Assembly (NCBI RefSeq): GCF_964355755.1
Contig: NC_092674.1
Coordinates: 22,010,001-22,074,000, forward strand
From: Antedon mediterranea
Lineage: Eukaryota > Animalia > Echinodermata
Reading direction: 5' to 3'
Length of the DNA stretch: 64,000 bases
Part shown: positions 12,701 through 26,600 of the stretch, in pieces
Layout of the letters: each line of letters opens with the position of its first letter
Position numbering within the stretch: the stretch's first letter is position 1
The notes under the pieces: model-generated
Told to the model about the DNA's origin: nothing
Databases searched by the model: none
What the model saw: the letters and a program-made list of their open reading frames with translations, nothing else
Position numbers and translations under genes: made by a program

Positions 12701-14996
12701 GTATATAAAATTACTTACAGATTAGAATTAATATTAATACTACACCATATTTAACGAAACCAACAATATACATGCTACTGTTAGGCTTAACTGTATTGTA
12801 ATGTTTTGTAGGACGTCATAGTAGAAGTGGATGTCGGGCAGAAAACATTAGAAAGGTACTCAGCATCTCAAACTGACATTGTCCACTGTGCATTAAGTTC
12901 TGTAAGTTCATTTTTTTGCAGCATATGTGTTATTTAAACATATTTTATTAAAATATACTTTTATTTTTATATTATTTATTTAAGTAGCCGAGTTTAACTC
13001 ACTGATAAATTCAGCTAGAGCAAAACATGTTCCTTATTTCATTGCTTTAGAAAAAACAATAAAACAGTCAAACCAACATTAATAATATTCAACCTATACA
13101 TTTTCTTTCTTTAATAGAAGATAACCGGTGCTACAATTCACAGTGGGCCATACAACGGATATTCGAGCTCTGTCGAAGTGAATATGGACAATTATGACGT
13201 TGACTTATGTCCGAGTGAGAAATGGGAACTGGAAGAGACCATTGTACTAGGAGAATCAGATGCTGAACCGATTTCCTTAAAATTGTTATGCATCTCATCG
13301 GTATTTGAGAATGCTTATTGGAGTAGCTTTGATGAATATGTAATGACTGGAACATGCCAATCCGGAGATATCAATGATTTGGCGAGCAAACGTTCTAACA
13401 TAAAGGACTCATTAACAGTATATGCATCTTTAAAATCTGCAAAAGAGCCCCCAGGTAAAGAGTAAAAATTAATTCTTTACAATATTACCGTTAATCATCG
13501 TTGAGTAAACTTAGAAAGTAACTTTTTTTCTATTCTATCATTGACCATTATTATTATATTATTAGTTATATTAATTTTTCTGTCCGTATTTTTGTCCACT
13601 ATAAATTGTATAGTTAAGACGAATATCATGTCTACCTTAGTTTACCTTTTAATGCATAATTACAAATAGGTTACTTCCCCAAGTTACTATTATTATAATA
13701 TTAACCCATATTTTAGCCTCTATACAAAATAATATTCAATTATAAAACAATCTAGCAAAGAAGCCACAAAAAAGAGACAGAAGGTAAAACACTGTTTTAC
13801 TCAATACTGTTGATCATAGCTGGCCGTGTAAATATTAACTTTGTATGATGAATGCATGGGTTTTTTTATAAACAGCAGTTATCGGACACGTTGTATTTAA
13901 AAAAAAGTATCACAAACTATCATTTGCACTTATTTTAGTTTTAGTTATTATCGTACGCACAATACCGGGTCGTAACATTATCAGTAACTTTTGCGTCGGT
14001 ATTATCACCTCCCGCCATCAATTAGCTTTGCAGCATTTTGAGACACCCCTTTGTATAGGGCCCGAAGGTGTCCCTTTAATATTGGTTTTACTGTAGTCCT
14101 ATCGTCATTAGCATTAATACGGACAGCAGCACAGAGCAAGAGGTAAATGATAATTATAATGCTTCTACTTTTTCTAGTGACAACAGTGGAGATTCCAGTC
14201 ACATGGCCTTTTGGTACTTACACCATTCCAATGACTGACACTACGCCAAACGGTTGTCCAGCTGCGCACTTTTACTGGAAAATCGGTTCCAGATTTCACG
14301 ACACTGAAAATAGTTTGTCTTCAAACGATTGGTCAGATCCACTGCATCTTCTAGGACCATACAGACGCAACAACATGCAGCAGAACTTTTGTTCAAAGGG
14401 AGTTGAAAAAGAAGATGACTATAAATGGAACTTTGAAGAAGGACAGTACTGTATTTTTAAAAAGGGTGCATCTTGCCCCTCAGGTATGTTCACTTCTGCT
14501 CCTATTATTTAATTACCTGAAATTGGAAAATGTTTAGTAAGTTTGTATTAAATTATAAGAGACTACTACAATTAAAATGTTCTATCTCACAAACTGTAAA
14601 AGATTTAAATTTGAATAAAATGTTGCAATTATCAATCTTGAAGGATTTGATGAAGGGTGGCTGTACTGGAACGACGAAGATACTTTAAATTCCAACAATG
14701 TAAACGGTATACTACCAGAGGGAGTATACAACAAAGATACCAAGATTTACTACTGTTGTCGCAATGATGGTTTTGCTTCTAACGCAATCAACCTTCCTAC
14801 CGATGATCCATTCTTCCTTCTGAAGTCCAGTCATATGTGTCAAGAAGTTTACGGAATGAATGTGGCTGAGGAATGGTTTCATTGGGATAACGATGGAGAA
14901 TGGTTTAATTCGGACTATTATGATGGATCGTATCCATACAACACTGGTAACGGTGAAGATTTTACTCTTCACTATTGCTACTACTACTCAAAGTGA
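9768..14996 (+). CDS. Secreted MACPF + ApeC domain protein (apextrin-like) 2, ~560 aa
   Basis: Exons 9768-10101, 10623-10673, 12347-12558, 12812-12901, 13118-13454, 14178-14483, 14644-14996; total 1683 nt in frame. Close paralogue of gene 1 with the same intron positions. Confidence 0.93.
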
Positions 14997-16047
14997 TTAA
15001 AATATATTCAATAGACACACACAAACCTAATATCAAACCGTATTTTTTCTTCATTAAATTTAAATAAATGTAAAATGAATGTAAGCAAACACTGTACTGT
15101 AGTTACAAACGACCACGTTTTAGTACATCACTGACAAATTCCAAAAAACCACCTAATTCCATCACTGTACACAAAACATTTTTTCAATTAAAGAAAAAAG
15201 ATTTAATACAATTCTGTCTAATGTGTTTATAAAAATTTCATGAAATTTAAAAAATAAGAAAACAAACACCCGTAACTTATAAGTAACAATACAATACTAA
15301 AGTTACTGATCTTTTTACATTTTCGTTTTTTCTGTATTGCTTATCAGTCCAACATTTTACAAAACACGAACCTAAAATCGAGGGGAAAATCGTACATATG
15401 TTTTTGCAATTCCGTAATAATGGGGATACAAATAAGATTAATTACGGCAGTGTGGTAGGTTGGTTCATGGAGTTATAATCCATGGTTGGTTACTGGTCCG
15501 GTCATATACATCAACCAATCAGAGCGATATTCGTATGTATACAGTATTTTTATTTTTAACATTGCTTTTTCTATCAGAAAAACTGGTGATTCTAAACCCA
15601 GGACCAAGTAAGCATGTTGACCACCAAGCTAAAATGCTCTAATCTTTTAATCCTTTAATAATCTTTTAAGTTACACACGTATTATACTAGGAATGCAACC
15701 GTGCTAACCGTGACAGGCCTAAAAACATATGGGCAGTCACTTAACTTTTCACATGTTTTATCATATTCTGCCATCGAAATTAAAGATCTTCCTGTCGTAA
15801 TTGGGGCCATGATGGTTTAAATTGATACTATACTGTTTGCATTTGGCAGATGTTTGGTAATTACCGAATTGAAAAACGCATACGTGCACATATGCTGATA
15901 TGATAATACAGTTGATACTGTACAGTAAGCGTGATCAATATCTAAGATATAATCAAATGTTTACTGTGTGATAATTATCATTTTATAAATAAAATACATT
16001 TGATCTGGTATGAGAAGAGACATACAACAGTTATAGCGACACACAAT

Positions 16048-19000
16048 ATGGCTGCTAAACTGTTTCTAAGCCTCTTTGTTTGGCAAATTTTGTCATGTTA
16101 TGTCCATTCTTGGACACCAGCTGGAGTGAGTTTTGTCGGCGTGGGTTATAACATCTTAGATGGTAATCCTGACGGTGGTGACCCTAGCGCGGGAGGGGTG
16201 GACCCCGGGTTGCTGGTAACACGACGAATATTAGAGTTCAGTTACGAAGACGGTAACCTTTCGGAAGACGGCCTTTACCCAATCCCTGATGAAGTCCTCT
16301 TTAGTCCGCGAGACAGCTGCTCTGAAGTAGAAAGCACAGAAATATTTGAAGGAACAAAAAGTTATCAGAAAAAATTAGATCGAGATGTTGAATTTGTTGG
16401 TGAGTGTTTAACTTTTCTAATTATATTAATCTGTTAAGATAACTCCATTCCTTAGCATAATTTTACCGACATCTTAGGCATAAATAGTATTCGTATTATA
16501 TTATTATTATTATATTCGCGATTTGTTTACGTTTACATACAGGCCAAACAGTGGTAACTAACCTGTAAAATAGCATAGATATGATGTAAACCTTTGGGTT
16601 TATAGGTACATAAACTGTATGACTATTTTGTCGCATGAAATACAATTTTGTTCAAAGAACTTCCAATGTATTGTCAATATGGTGGTTTTTTTTCTTCAAA
16701 ATGTTATGTGTTGTTTCTTTAATGGTGAAAGGTCAAAGGTGAATAATAAATACATTTTGCAGTAAACCATGTTTTCTACGTTTTATGTTCTGCAAACGTG
16801 GTATTTTTTATATTAATTATTAGAGTAAAAGGACACTGACATATGTTTTAGTAATTTCAAATTGGTTATTTATTTCTAGGAAAGGGTGATCACTTTCTGT
16901 TAGGTTATGAATTTTCTTCTAGTGCAAGTAAGTATGATATATTTTTATTTATTATTTACTTGTTAACTACATCTGAAATTAAATAATTATGGACATTCAG
17001 TAGGCTACGTTTGGATATAAGTACGTTTCATCAAAATGTAAATGAGAATACATGTAGGCCTAAGAGGAATAATAACCATATTTTGTTATGTATTCAGGAT
17101 ATCAAAAAATCTATGAATCGACTGAATACCAGAAGAAGGTCTTTCATGATTACAAGAAAGTATGCAACAAAGGACAGGCACGATACATGACTGAGCTGGC
17201 AGCCATCGATGGATACTACTTAGCACGTGACTTCGTGGCGGCAGCTTGTTCCCTACCGGAGGTTTATGAGGAAGACGTGTACATGCAATTTCTTGATCTT
17301 TGGGGAACGGTATAATATTTTTTTTATAATAATTTTAGTAAACAAATGCGGTTATGTTCTTTATCGCTTGATTCGTCCGTATTCAGGGTCGTAAGCATAG
17401 TCAAAACGTTTTTGAGGCAATGACGTATCGACTTATCAGACCTACGAAAAATTGAAAATTATCGTAAATAAGTCTTCGATGACAAAAAAAAAAAGATTCG
17501 ATTATTTTGTAAACGGTATAAACTTTCAAATTCACATTCTGACATCTTTGAAATAAGTAATATCATTTTAATGTAAAACGTTTAATCTAAAACTATTATT
17601 ATATACAGCATTCATTCAAAGATCAAACCTATACAAACAGATAATAATTTTAAAACATCACAATTCACAGGATGTTGTAGTTGAAGTTGATCTTGGAACT
17701 AAGTTGTTGAATCGTTCCGATATATACCAAACCGAATTTGTATTCTACGCAATGAAAGAAGTGAGTTTTTATTTTGTTTGTTTTTTAAAATAGGTAGAGG
17801 TTCACATGATTGTTGATGGCTTTTATGCTGATCCTGGATCTTCCTAGGAATTGCTATTTACCTTTGTTTGTATGTTTATAATAAATAAAATAAAATGTTG
17901 ATACAAATCTGCGTTCCAAGCAGTATATGGTCTGATTAAATTTAATAAACATTTGTACCTATTACTATAATGATCTATTTACTTTTCAAGTATTTGTTTA
18001 ATTTTCGCTATATTTAGATTATTTTTATTGTTATTTGTGTATTTTTTAAAATTATTGTCTAATGATCATAATGCATTTTAAAAATCTGTAATTTGTTCCA
18101 AGGTCAAATTTTTTTACAATTATTGTATAGATTAATTTGTGTAGGTTAGACAATGTACTCTGTAATTATGTTCTAATTTAAATGTGAGGTAAATAAGAGT
18201 GCTACAATACTAATATACTTTGAGAAAGATCGTCATTTAAAGTCATTTTTATTGTTTAGTTAACGTTTTTTGTTGTGTGTTTGTTTCTTTATTTCCATTC
18301 ACAAAAACATAAATATACATAAATAATAATTACAAAACAGTAGGGCGAAAGCAAAACAAAAAAGAATTATGTTCTATTATTTTGGCAAAAAACATGTAGG
18401 TCTAGTTATTATAAATTCGTACTTTAATGTGTTGTTTATTTGTAACATGAAATAAAAAAAAACATCAATTATCTTAGTGTACTATCACATTTCATAAGCA
18501 TATGGTTGTTATTGTTTCAGAGAAGTGGTACTGTATCTCCAAGTGGTAATTTTTTGTCTTACGAGGCGTCTGTCATTGTTGACATGGATAAATTCCGCAC
18601 GGAGTCTGGAACGGAAACTACTTTTGGATCGTATCAAGAATTGATCTCAGTTGGCACGTCTAGCCTTCCCGAACCAATCTCCATCAGACTCATGTATATT
18701 TCAGATGTGTTCGATTCAAAGTACTGGAGTCAGAACGACTATTACGTCACCAGTGGGTCTTGTAATGCTGAGCATTTGGGACAGTTGGCCAATAAAGAAC
18801 AAAATATTGTTACAGCATTGAAGAATTACGCAATTTGGAGAGGACGAATAGAATCAGAAGGTGAGTTACATTCTAAACACCCGATGTTTATGGTGGTTCA
18901 AGATTGTTGACAACCTGTTTTACATTGTGTCTAGTAAAAGCTCTTTTATATTATAATATAATATAAGTTTAGCACATGTACTATGCATAATGAACAAATG

Positions 19001-20744
19001 TAAACCACGCTCTTTTGAAAGACAATAGCGACACCACAAGAGGTTTAGTTTTTTAAATATTTAATAAAACCAAATAGTATCTTGAAATTGCAAGCATATA
19101 ATACGACGATGATGATATCGATGTTGTTGTTAAAAACTTCAATACATTCAAATATTAATACATAATCCATCACCTATTGCAATTATAGATCCTCCAGTTC
19201 AGATCCCTATTACGTGGCCATCTGGTACCTATTCCCTTCCTATGGTAGCATCACCTGATTCTGGATGCCCAGACTCTCATTTCGTGTGGAAGACGGGCTC
19301 AAGATTCCAAGATACTGAGAATACGTTATCAGATAACCACTGGTCTGACCCATGTCATCTAGAGGTAGGCTATGTACTTGTATTGTATTTCATCTAAGTA
19401 TAATATCAGAGTAATACTTAGTTCACACTAGGAGGCAACGCAAGGACGTACGTTGCGTTACGTTCTTGTGTTGCGTCTCTAGTGGGAACCAATCATTAGA
19501 AACAAACAATGAATTAAAGAAAATGATAAACGTATTGAAACCCGAGAGGAGAGGAAATTGATCGAAACTTTCTACTGTATCACGCAACGATGGTACCTAA
19601 TGTTATCTGTGTCGTTTTGAATAAATAATGGTAATGTTATAAACAATTGTGCGATTTGCTTCGTTTTACCAGGGACCTATAAAACGGAATGACATCACTC
19701 AGAATTTTTGTTCTAAAACCGTCGAAAACGCAGACAATTACCAATGGACTTGGGGAGAGGGATCTTATTGCATTTTCAAGAAAGGGTCTACTTGCCCAGC
19801 AGGTAATTTAATATATTTAATATAATCTAATTTATCTTTCCTAAATAGATCAACTATGTCCACTATCATTTCAAATTAAAGTATTAAAGGGGGCCTCATC
19901 ACTTCAACATTTACTTGCTTTCTTGTTTGCATGTTTTCTTTATTGTTTTTTTTTCATGATAGCGTTCACAATTTTTAAATTATCATCCTGAATTTTTGTG
20001 TTAATAGTATATACTTACATGCCATGCCTATTGAATTGCACAAAACAATCGATATATTGGTATAACGTCATAAATAAATAAAATCTCAAGTTGTCGTTTT
20101 CTTCAATATGAGCCGATATAATCTATTTATTTTACCAAACTTATTTCACTCAGTTTTTTAGCTCTTAATTTATTATTATTATTATTAAACATTTTAAATT
20201 GTTTCATTTTTGTTCACTTTGAGCAAGCAATAATATTATTTTCGAAAAATCCCTAGAGGGCTGTAGGCCTACAGTGTTCCAAACATATTATGCAAGTTAA
20301 CACTGATATGTCCTGGCCAAACAACAGAGTCCAACAATCGTTCAATTTACATTGTGGAAATTTCTTATTTTTACTTTTTTTCTGTAAGGATTTGATGACG
20401 GATGGATATTCTGGAACGACGAAAACACATTTAACAGCAATTGGTTGAGTGGAGAACTTCCGACTGGCGAATACGACAAAGATACTAAAATCTACTACTG
20501 TTGTCGTGATGATGGTTTTACTTCTAACCCCATCTACCTTCCCACCGATGATAATTTTTTTCTGTTCAAGAAGACCCACAACTGTCAGGCGGTGGCCGGT
20601 ATGTCATACATTGAAGAGTATTTGGAATGGGATAACGAGAATGAGATCATTGACGGAAGAAGAATGTACGGATCATATCCGTACAACACTGATAAATCAG
20701 AAAATCATATCCTTCATTACTGTTATTACTATTCAACAGTTTAA
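16048..20744 (+). CDS. Secreted MACPF + ApeC domain protein (apextrin-like) 3, ~567 aa
   Basis: Exons 16048-16399, 16880-16927, 17098-17309, 17671-17760, 18521-18860, 19189-19364, 19673-19802, 20389-20744; total 1704 nt in frame. Signal peptide MAAKLFLSL.., GVGYNILDGNP, FLDLWGT, WPSGTYSLP..GCP, YCYY. Confidence 0.93.
19417..19492. mobile_element. Short palindromic MITE-like hairpin in intron
   Basis: TAGTTCACACTAGGAGGCAACGCAAGGACGTA is imperfectly inverted as TACGTTCTTGTGTTGCGTCTCTAGTGGGAACCAA; a related end lies at ~26369. Confidence 0.55.
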
Positions 20745-21678
20745 TAAAAGTTATAACACTTTATTCTAAGACATGTTAATAAAGTTGATATAATAGAATA
20801 TATAACTCTAACGCTATCATGTGATTATTTATGTATAAGTAAATTCGCTATAAGTCTGTCCAATAACTTTGGCTTCATCTTAAATTTCTTAAAATGTAAA
20901 TTTTTTCCGCAAATGCAGATTCTTACATATACGTTAATAGTACTGAAATGCAAAATACCCTCTTCAAACTCCCATTTTTTAAACATTGTCGTACACGCAG
21001 GTTTATTTACATAATTTAAGACCAAGTGATACATGTGATAAACGCCTACTAGAATAAACCCTTTCCTCCTCTCCATCTCCTATAGAACGTCGTTTTTACT
21101 TTCCTGTCCATAAACGTAACCGTGAGCTTAGAATAATCAGTCCTATGGAAATAAAACAACTTTCTAACTTGACACTATATTGTTCAACATTTTTTGTTAC
21201 ACAACTTAGTGAAGCCAACGAACACCACGTGACAATTTGAGACACTTCAAATTAAAACAGCGACATTAAATGAATCTATCAGTAATTAACTACAGAACAA
21301 AATAACTTGATGTACAGTTTCCTGTATACCACGTATGATTGAAGAGAAACTCAATAGTTCTTTTCAGAACTACATACGTGGTATATAACAAACTTTACAT
21401 CAACATATCGACGATTTTGCCATGCAAGCAAACTTTCAAACAAAAAATACAACTTAATTGTTAATATCATGTTTTGTACACATTATGTGTCTTACAATAT
21501 CTATTTCAATCCGGATTATTCCTAAACCCTAAAAAATGTTCTTAGTATTAATATTAATATCAAGCTTTTGACAATAAATAACAGTTTGTAATGCTTTGAA
21601 GCATACTTACATAAAGTAAGTACAATGATAATATCTAATCTAAAGACAATCTGTTTAAAACAGATTTATGTAACAAAC

Positions 21679-23559
21679 CAGGCCCGTAGCCAGAATGCAT
21701 CAGAGGGGGGTTTTCTTGACACCAAGTATTTTGCGAGCGCAGCGAGCAACTGTAGGCTGGGGGCCAGGGGGCCGCCAAGGGCCCCCGGTCGGGGTCCAGG
21801 GGGCGAAGGCCCCTGGAAGCTTTGGCTCTCAGAGCAATTTCGGTTGTTTTAATAAAGCTTAGAGACATTTTTTACCTACTAAAATCTGAGTTATGCAGAG
21901 AAATTATATAGTACAGTATTATGGAAGTTAGTAGTACTGATCATGAAATACAGCTTTATTGTTGCAAAAAAGTATATTATATTAGGCCCTTAAATAATTT
22001 CTTATCCTATAAACATAAAAAACAAATAGTACCGTATATTTCGGTGTACAAGTCGCACCTGTGTATAAGACGCACCCATAACGGAGACTGAAATATTAGT
22101 ATTGTTTATGTAGTCGATGCATAAGACGCACTTATTTCTTGGCCGAAATTTAAACATTTTACAATCAAAACAATGGTATTTTAAAAATAAAACAACGATA
22201 TTTGAGACATATTTATTAGAATCAAATGATATAATTTTGTTTGATTGCCTTTATTACATCGTAATCAGTCTCTACTTCAACTGAACGTTCAATGAAAAGG
22301 GAAATCCCCATATTGTTTCAGTTACGATGCACTTTAATTTCATATTATTTAAATATATACCTTCTTATTGTGTGTATGACCATTATAAAATCAATCCAAA
22401 TGATGTTCAGTTTTTTGGGCTGATAATGAACCAGGAATATCATGTTGGGTAGGCCTATATGAAAATCTTTCCTATTTCCATGCATGCATTACAGCAATAT
22501 GAGGAGAGGAGAGCACTAACCATGTGCTCCTTTCCTGGTGGCCAGCACTGTTGGCCATATACACTATGAGATTAGGGGAAGCTACTTAACACAATAACAA
22601 CACACTCTTTTAGATATCGCTTGACATACGAACTATTGCCTACATGATTATAAAAATTATGTGATTGTTGACATAGAGATGTAATAAAAATAAACCACCG
22701 TGATCAAGGGAAATAGTTATTGTGTAATTAAAATGTTACACCACCGTAGTTAATGGACTCTTCCATAAATGTGTTGCGCTGTGATGCTGCATGCTGCTAG
22801 AATACACACCCGCGAGTTCAGAGAGTATTACTAGGCCTGGGTAGAATATCTAATGCGTACTGTAATATTAATTAATACAGTCGAGGATGACAATTTACCT
22901 TAACTAAAAATTCAATAAACTTGTTACCACACTGTGGTTAGACAGGAGTGAGTAACTAGCTAGGCCTACATTGCAGAGTAGTACACTATTTTTAATTAAT
23001 TTAAGTATTAGTAGGTAATTAAATTACTTAGGGTAACATTTAGAGGTCAAATTTGCGTGTCAAAAGTGCGTCTTATACACCGAATTATACGGTAGGCCTA
23101 CGTACACGTACCAATTTAACTCAGCACCATTTTTATTCAAGTTTACACAGTGAAATTCTTTGGTTTAATGACAAATATTTCCAGGAAAAAAATAAAAATC
23201 CCCAAAAAGATTGAACTGAACTGAACGTGATCTTGTGCGTTCCGAAAAGCCCGACCGAAGCACGCGATTGGTCAGTCCATTTTTCTGTCATATTTATAAC
23301 CATCATCTCTCAACAATCTCTCGATCTCACGCTCAGCAGTGACTTTGACATCGGACAATCTGTATAGTCGATCAATTTAAACATAGTCAATAGAAGTAAA
23401 ATGACCCAAAAATCTGCTATAATTGATAATTAAATGCACGATTTTGGAAGTGGGGCCTTTGTTTTTCAAGGGGGGGTTCGCTGGTAAAAGGGGGGTTCGC
23501 GCAAAAGGGGGGGGGGGGGTTCGCCCGAACCCCAAAAAAACCCCCTGGCTACGGGCCTG
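21679..23559. mobile_element. Non-autonomous hAT-like element, 15-bp TIR, apparent 5-bp TSD (CAAAC)
   Basis: CAAAC|CAGGCCCGTAGCCAG ... CTGGCTACGGGCCTG|CAAAC; GC-rich subterminal regions. Confidence 0.72.
22032..23092. mobile_element. pogo/Tigger-type (Tc1-mariner) non-autonomous element nested in the hAT-like element
   Basis: TA|CCGTATATTTCGGTGTACAAGTCGCAC ... GTGCGTCTTATACACCGAATTATACGG|TA. Confidence 0.8.
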
Positions 23560-23605
23560 CAAACATTGCAATAAAATAGTTTGAACTTTGAACTTTTAGC
23601 TTAGC

Positions 23606-26600
23606 TTATGCCTCATGCTTAGGGAAGTACAGCTTCTTTCTTAAAGTATACTGTGGAGATGGAACCTGGCAGCCGGTCATCTTGCTTACTTCATAATTCA
23701 CATGTGTTAGAATATCTAGAATGTGATCGGTATGATAACGATCGATTAACGCCTTTGTTAGGTTTCGAATGTAAAATGTACCATGATTCTTGTTCCTATA
23801 TGACATCGTAAGGGGCGCTGTCGAGTATCCATACAGAAAATCGGCGGCATTCGGGATATTTTCAGGTGCAGCGTCGAATTTTAGGCCAAGCTTTCGGCAC
23901 GCTTGTATAAAGAATACTTTTGGTTTGGAGCGAAGACTTGTACATTTATGTGCTTGAAAGCCACTGGTGAGTTGAAAAATGCCACAAGGTACCCCATCAC
24001 TTCCATTAATATCTGTTAGTGTACCATGAGACAATATGCAGCAAACAAAGCAGTCGTACTGTGAATGATCACGTGTTTGCATTTCGTTCATCACATGCTC
24101 CATCTCATGCGCAGTTTGATTGTGTTTGCACTCAATACGAAATCCCAAACGACTAAAAACTAGCTTCAAATATTCTGTTGAAAAAATAAATGCAGTATTA
24201 TTTTGTTAGCTTTATGCAATTTTTTAATTGCAACAATAAATCCACCCTCTTTTGTAAATTCAATATTGTTTACTTAAAAGTATAACATTATTTTATTTAT
24301 TTTGACAAAGAAAATACAACAAACATTAAGATAGAGTTATAGGGACAGGAGATAGACACCAACAATCCATAGCCATACAATTGACAGAGGTTCAATGTTT
24401 TTTTTTTTCGTTTCATGTTAAAATTATATTTGTTACATACCTTCATCAACTTCAGAACCAGTTCGTTTCCCGAATCCGCTCTCTTTTGTAAATTCAATAT
24501 TGTTTATAATTAAGCATATCCCACGTGGAGAGCTGGTCATGTTATACTTAAGTATTTCCATTTCTGAATCAACAAGTTCAAACACAAAATGTTACTTATT
24601 ATATAAAAGATATATAGATACAATGATTACAATTATGTATTTGACAATGGCGATGGAGTTTACCATGATAATGAGAGTATTCGCATTCTCATCATTCTTA
24701 TTCCTGTTACTTGTAATAGACATCACTTTATTATTACAATCATGGATTGAAGTTCAGGTGACGACCATCGATACATACGTCCTAGGTCGACAAAAGATTC
24801 CAAATAACAACAACATCCCTCAATATTTTTTACAATATATATATATATATATTTTTGTTTTTGTATGAAGAAAAAAAGCATTACTGTATGTTCTCATAGA
24901 GACGCTCATTTTACGCGCATACTACGCAGGGTACGCACACCTAGATTACATTTAATTTGGGCATAATTAAGATCAGCATTTTGGGTGCATTTTCACTTTT
25001 TACCACTTTTCGCAGGTTGAAACTCTCTGATTGCTCTTGTTGCAATTTGCGGCTGAATTAAAAGTAATTTCATGAAAAATATATAAAATACGTTGGCTTT
25101 CCTTTTTTTCTGGTTTTTACTTAATTTAATCAATTTCTGGATAAGGTGCTGTGATTCTAGTTGCCATTCCATTATTGTCATTAGTAAGATCATTACAAAA
25201 AATATTTATAATGGCCTGTTGTTAGTTACTGTCTGTGGGACTAACCCACGTAAGACAAAAAAAAGCTACTTTCTGTTTCTGTACAAAATTAGGCCTACAT
25301 CATAATGTAATTTGCGACTGATCGTTCGATTCTGATATGACCCATGTAGGCCTACCGTGGACTGCAGTCCTCTGCACACCGACATGCAGATTAGATCATT
25401 AGTATTCAATTCAGCCAGGCGTCATTACATAATACAGTACATACCAAACACTGCCTGGAACTTCACGCAACTGGGTATGTCAACATTGAAGAAGATTGTG
25501 ATTTCAAGAAAGCCTAAATTGTCAACAATATTGCTTTTATACAATTTAGTAGAATTAAACTATCATCTATTAACAGTTACGCGGGTATAATTTAATTTGT
25601 GACGTAATCACGCTGTTATAAGCCAGTGTAAATGGCGTTCTCATAATCCTATTCATGACTAATGTACTTTTTTTTTATCGACGATTGACTACCGGAGTCT
25701 TTAATTTTTAATTGGATTTATATTGCATTAAAGTTGTTTGAAATGGATTTATACACAACATAGCACAGCTTTTATGAAGGTGGATAGACAAAACAGTGGA
25801 TTTAGGGGTAAGTTAATTTTACCGCCCGATAATAATGTATTAACACTATGTAAGAATATTAGTTAAATAAATAAATAACCAACATGCAAAATGTTTTAAA
25901 GGAAAACGTTCCACAAGTTGAACAATATGAATCGGCGTTGTTTTTTCATTATAAATTCGAGGTCTTTGCAATGCGCTTGTAATTTTACACATTGTGCCTT
26001 GCATTTATACATATTTATATAGCTATTTTCTGTGGTTGAGGTTATTCGATGTAGTATTTGTTTCTGTTTGTAAAAGTCATTTTGATAATATTTTGTCAAT
26101 TATTCTTCATTATTATCTATTAGTATACATTCTCGCATACTTTTGTATAAGGTCTAACGCATCTGAATGTAGGTATACCGAGGTTGAGTAAATGTTATGG
26201 TTGATTTGATAATTATGACTGAACCGCCTTTTAATAAAATACACAATTACTAGACTTCTAGCTATCTAGACTAGTAAACTATTTTGTACTATATTTTACA
26301 TAGAACTACCAGCAAGCATTTTGATTTGTGTTTAAAACTGTCATTGCCTTAGTAAGTTCTTACCTGAGTTCGGTTCCCACTTGGATGCAACGCAACGACT
26401 TAGACACAATGCAAGCGAGTTGACCAATCACAAACGTCAGTTCGGATCAGGGTGTTTCGAAACTAGAGACCCGATACCAGAGACCCGATACCCAATACGA
26501 AAAGGGAGACCCTACTATACAAAAAGGGAGACCCCACTATACGAAAAGGGAGACCCTACTATACGAAAAGGGAGACCCACTATACGAAAAAGGAGACCCC

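Noticed and set aside
7951-20769. Antisense or alternative-frame ORFs over ApeC exons (7951-8259, 14712-14972, 20253-20579, 20449-20769)
   Set aside because: Shadows of the real coding exons; their mutual similarity follows from paralogy.
21625-21868. GC-rich ORFs on both strands
   Set aside because: They overlap the subterminal region of the hAT-like element and show no protein motifs.
24244-24275. Intronic ~30-bp copy of caspase A exon sequence (24479-24510)
   Set aside because: Short local duplication without splice signals; no evident function.
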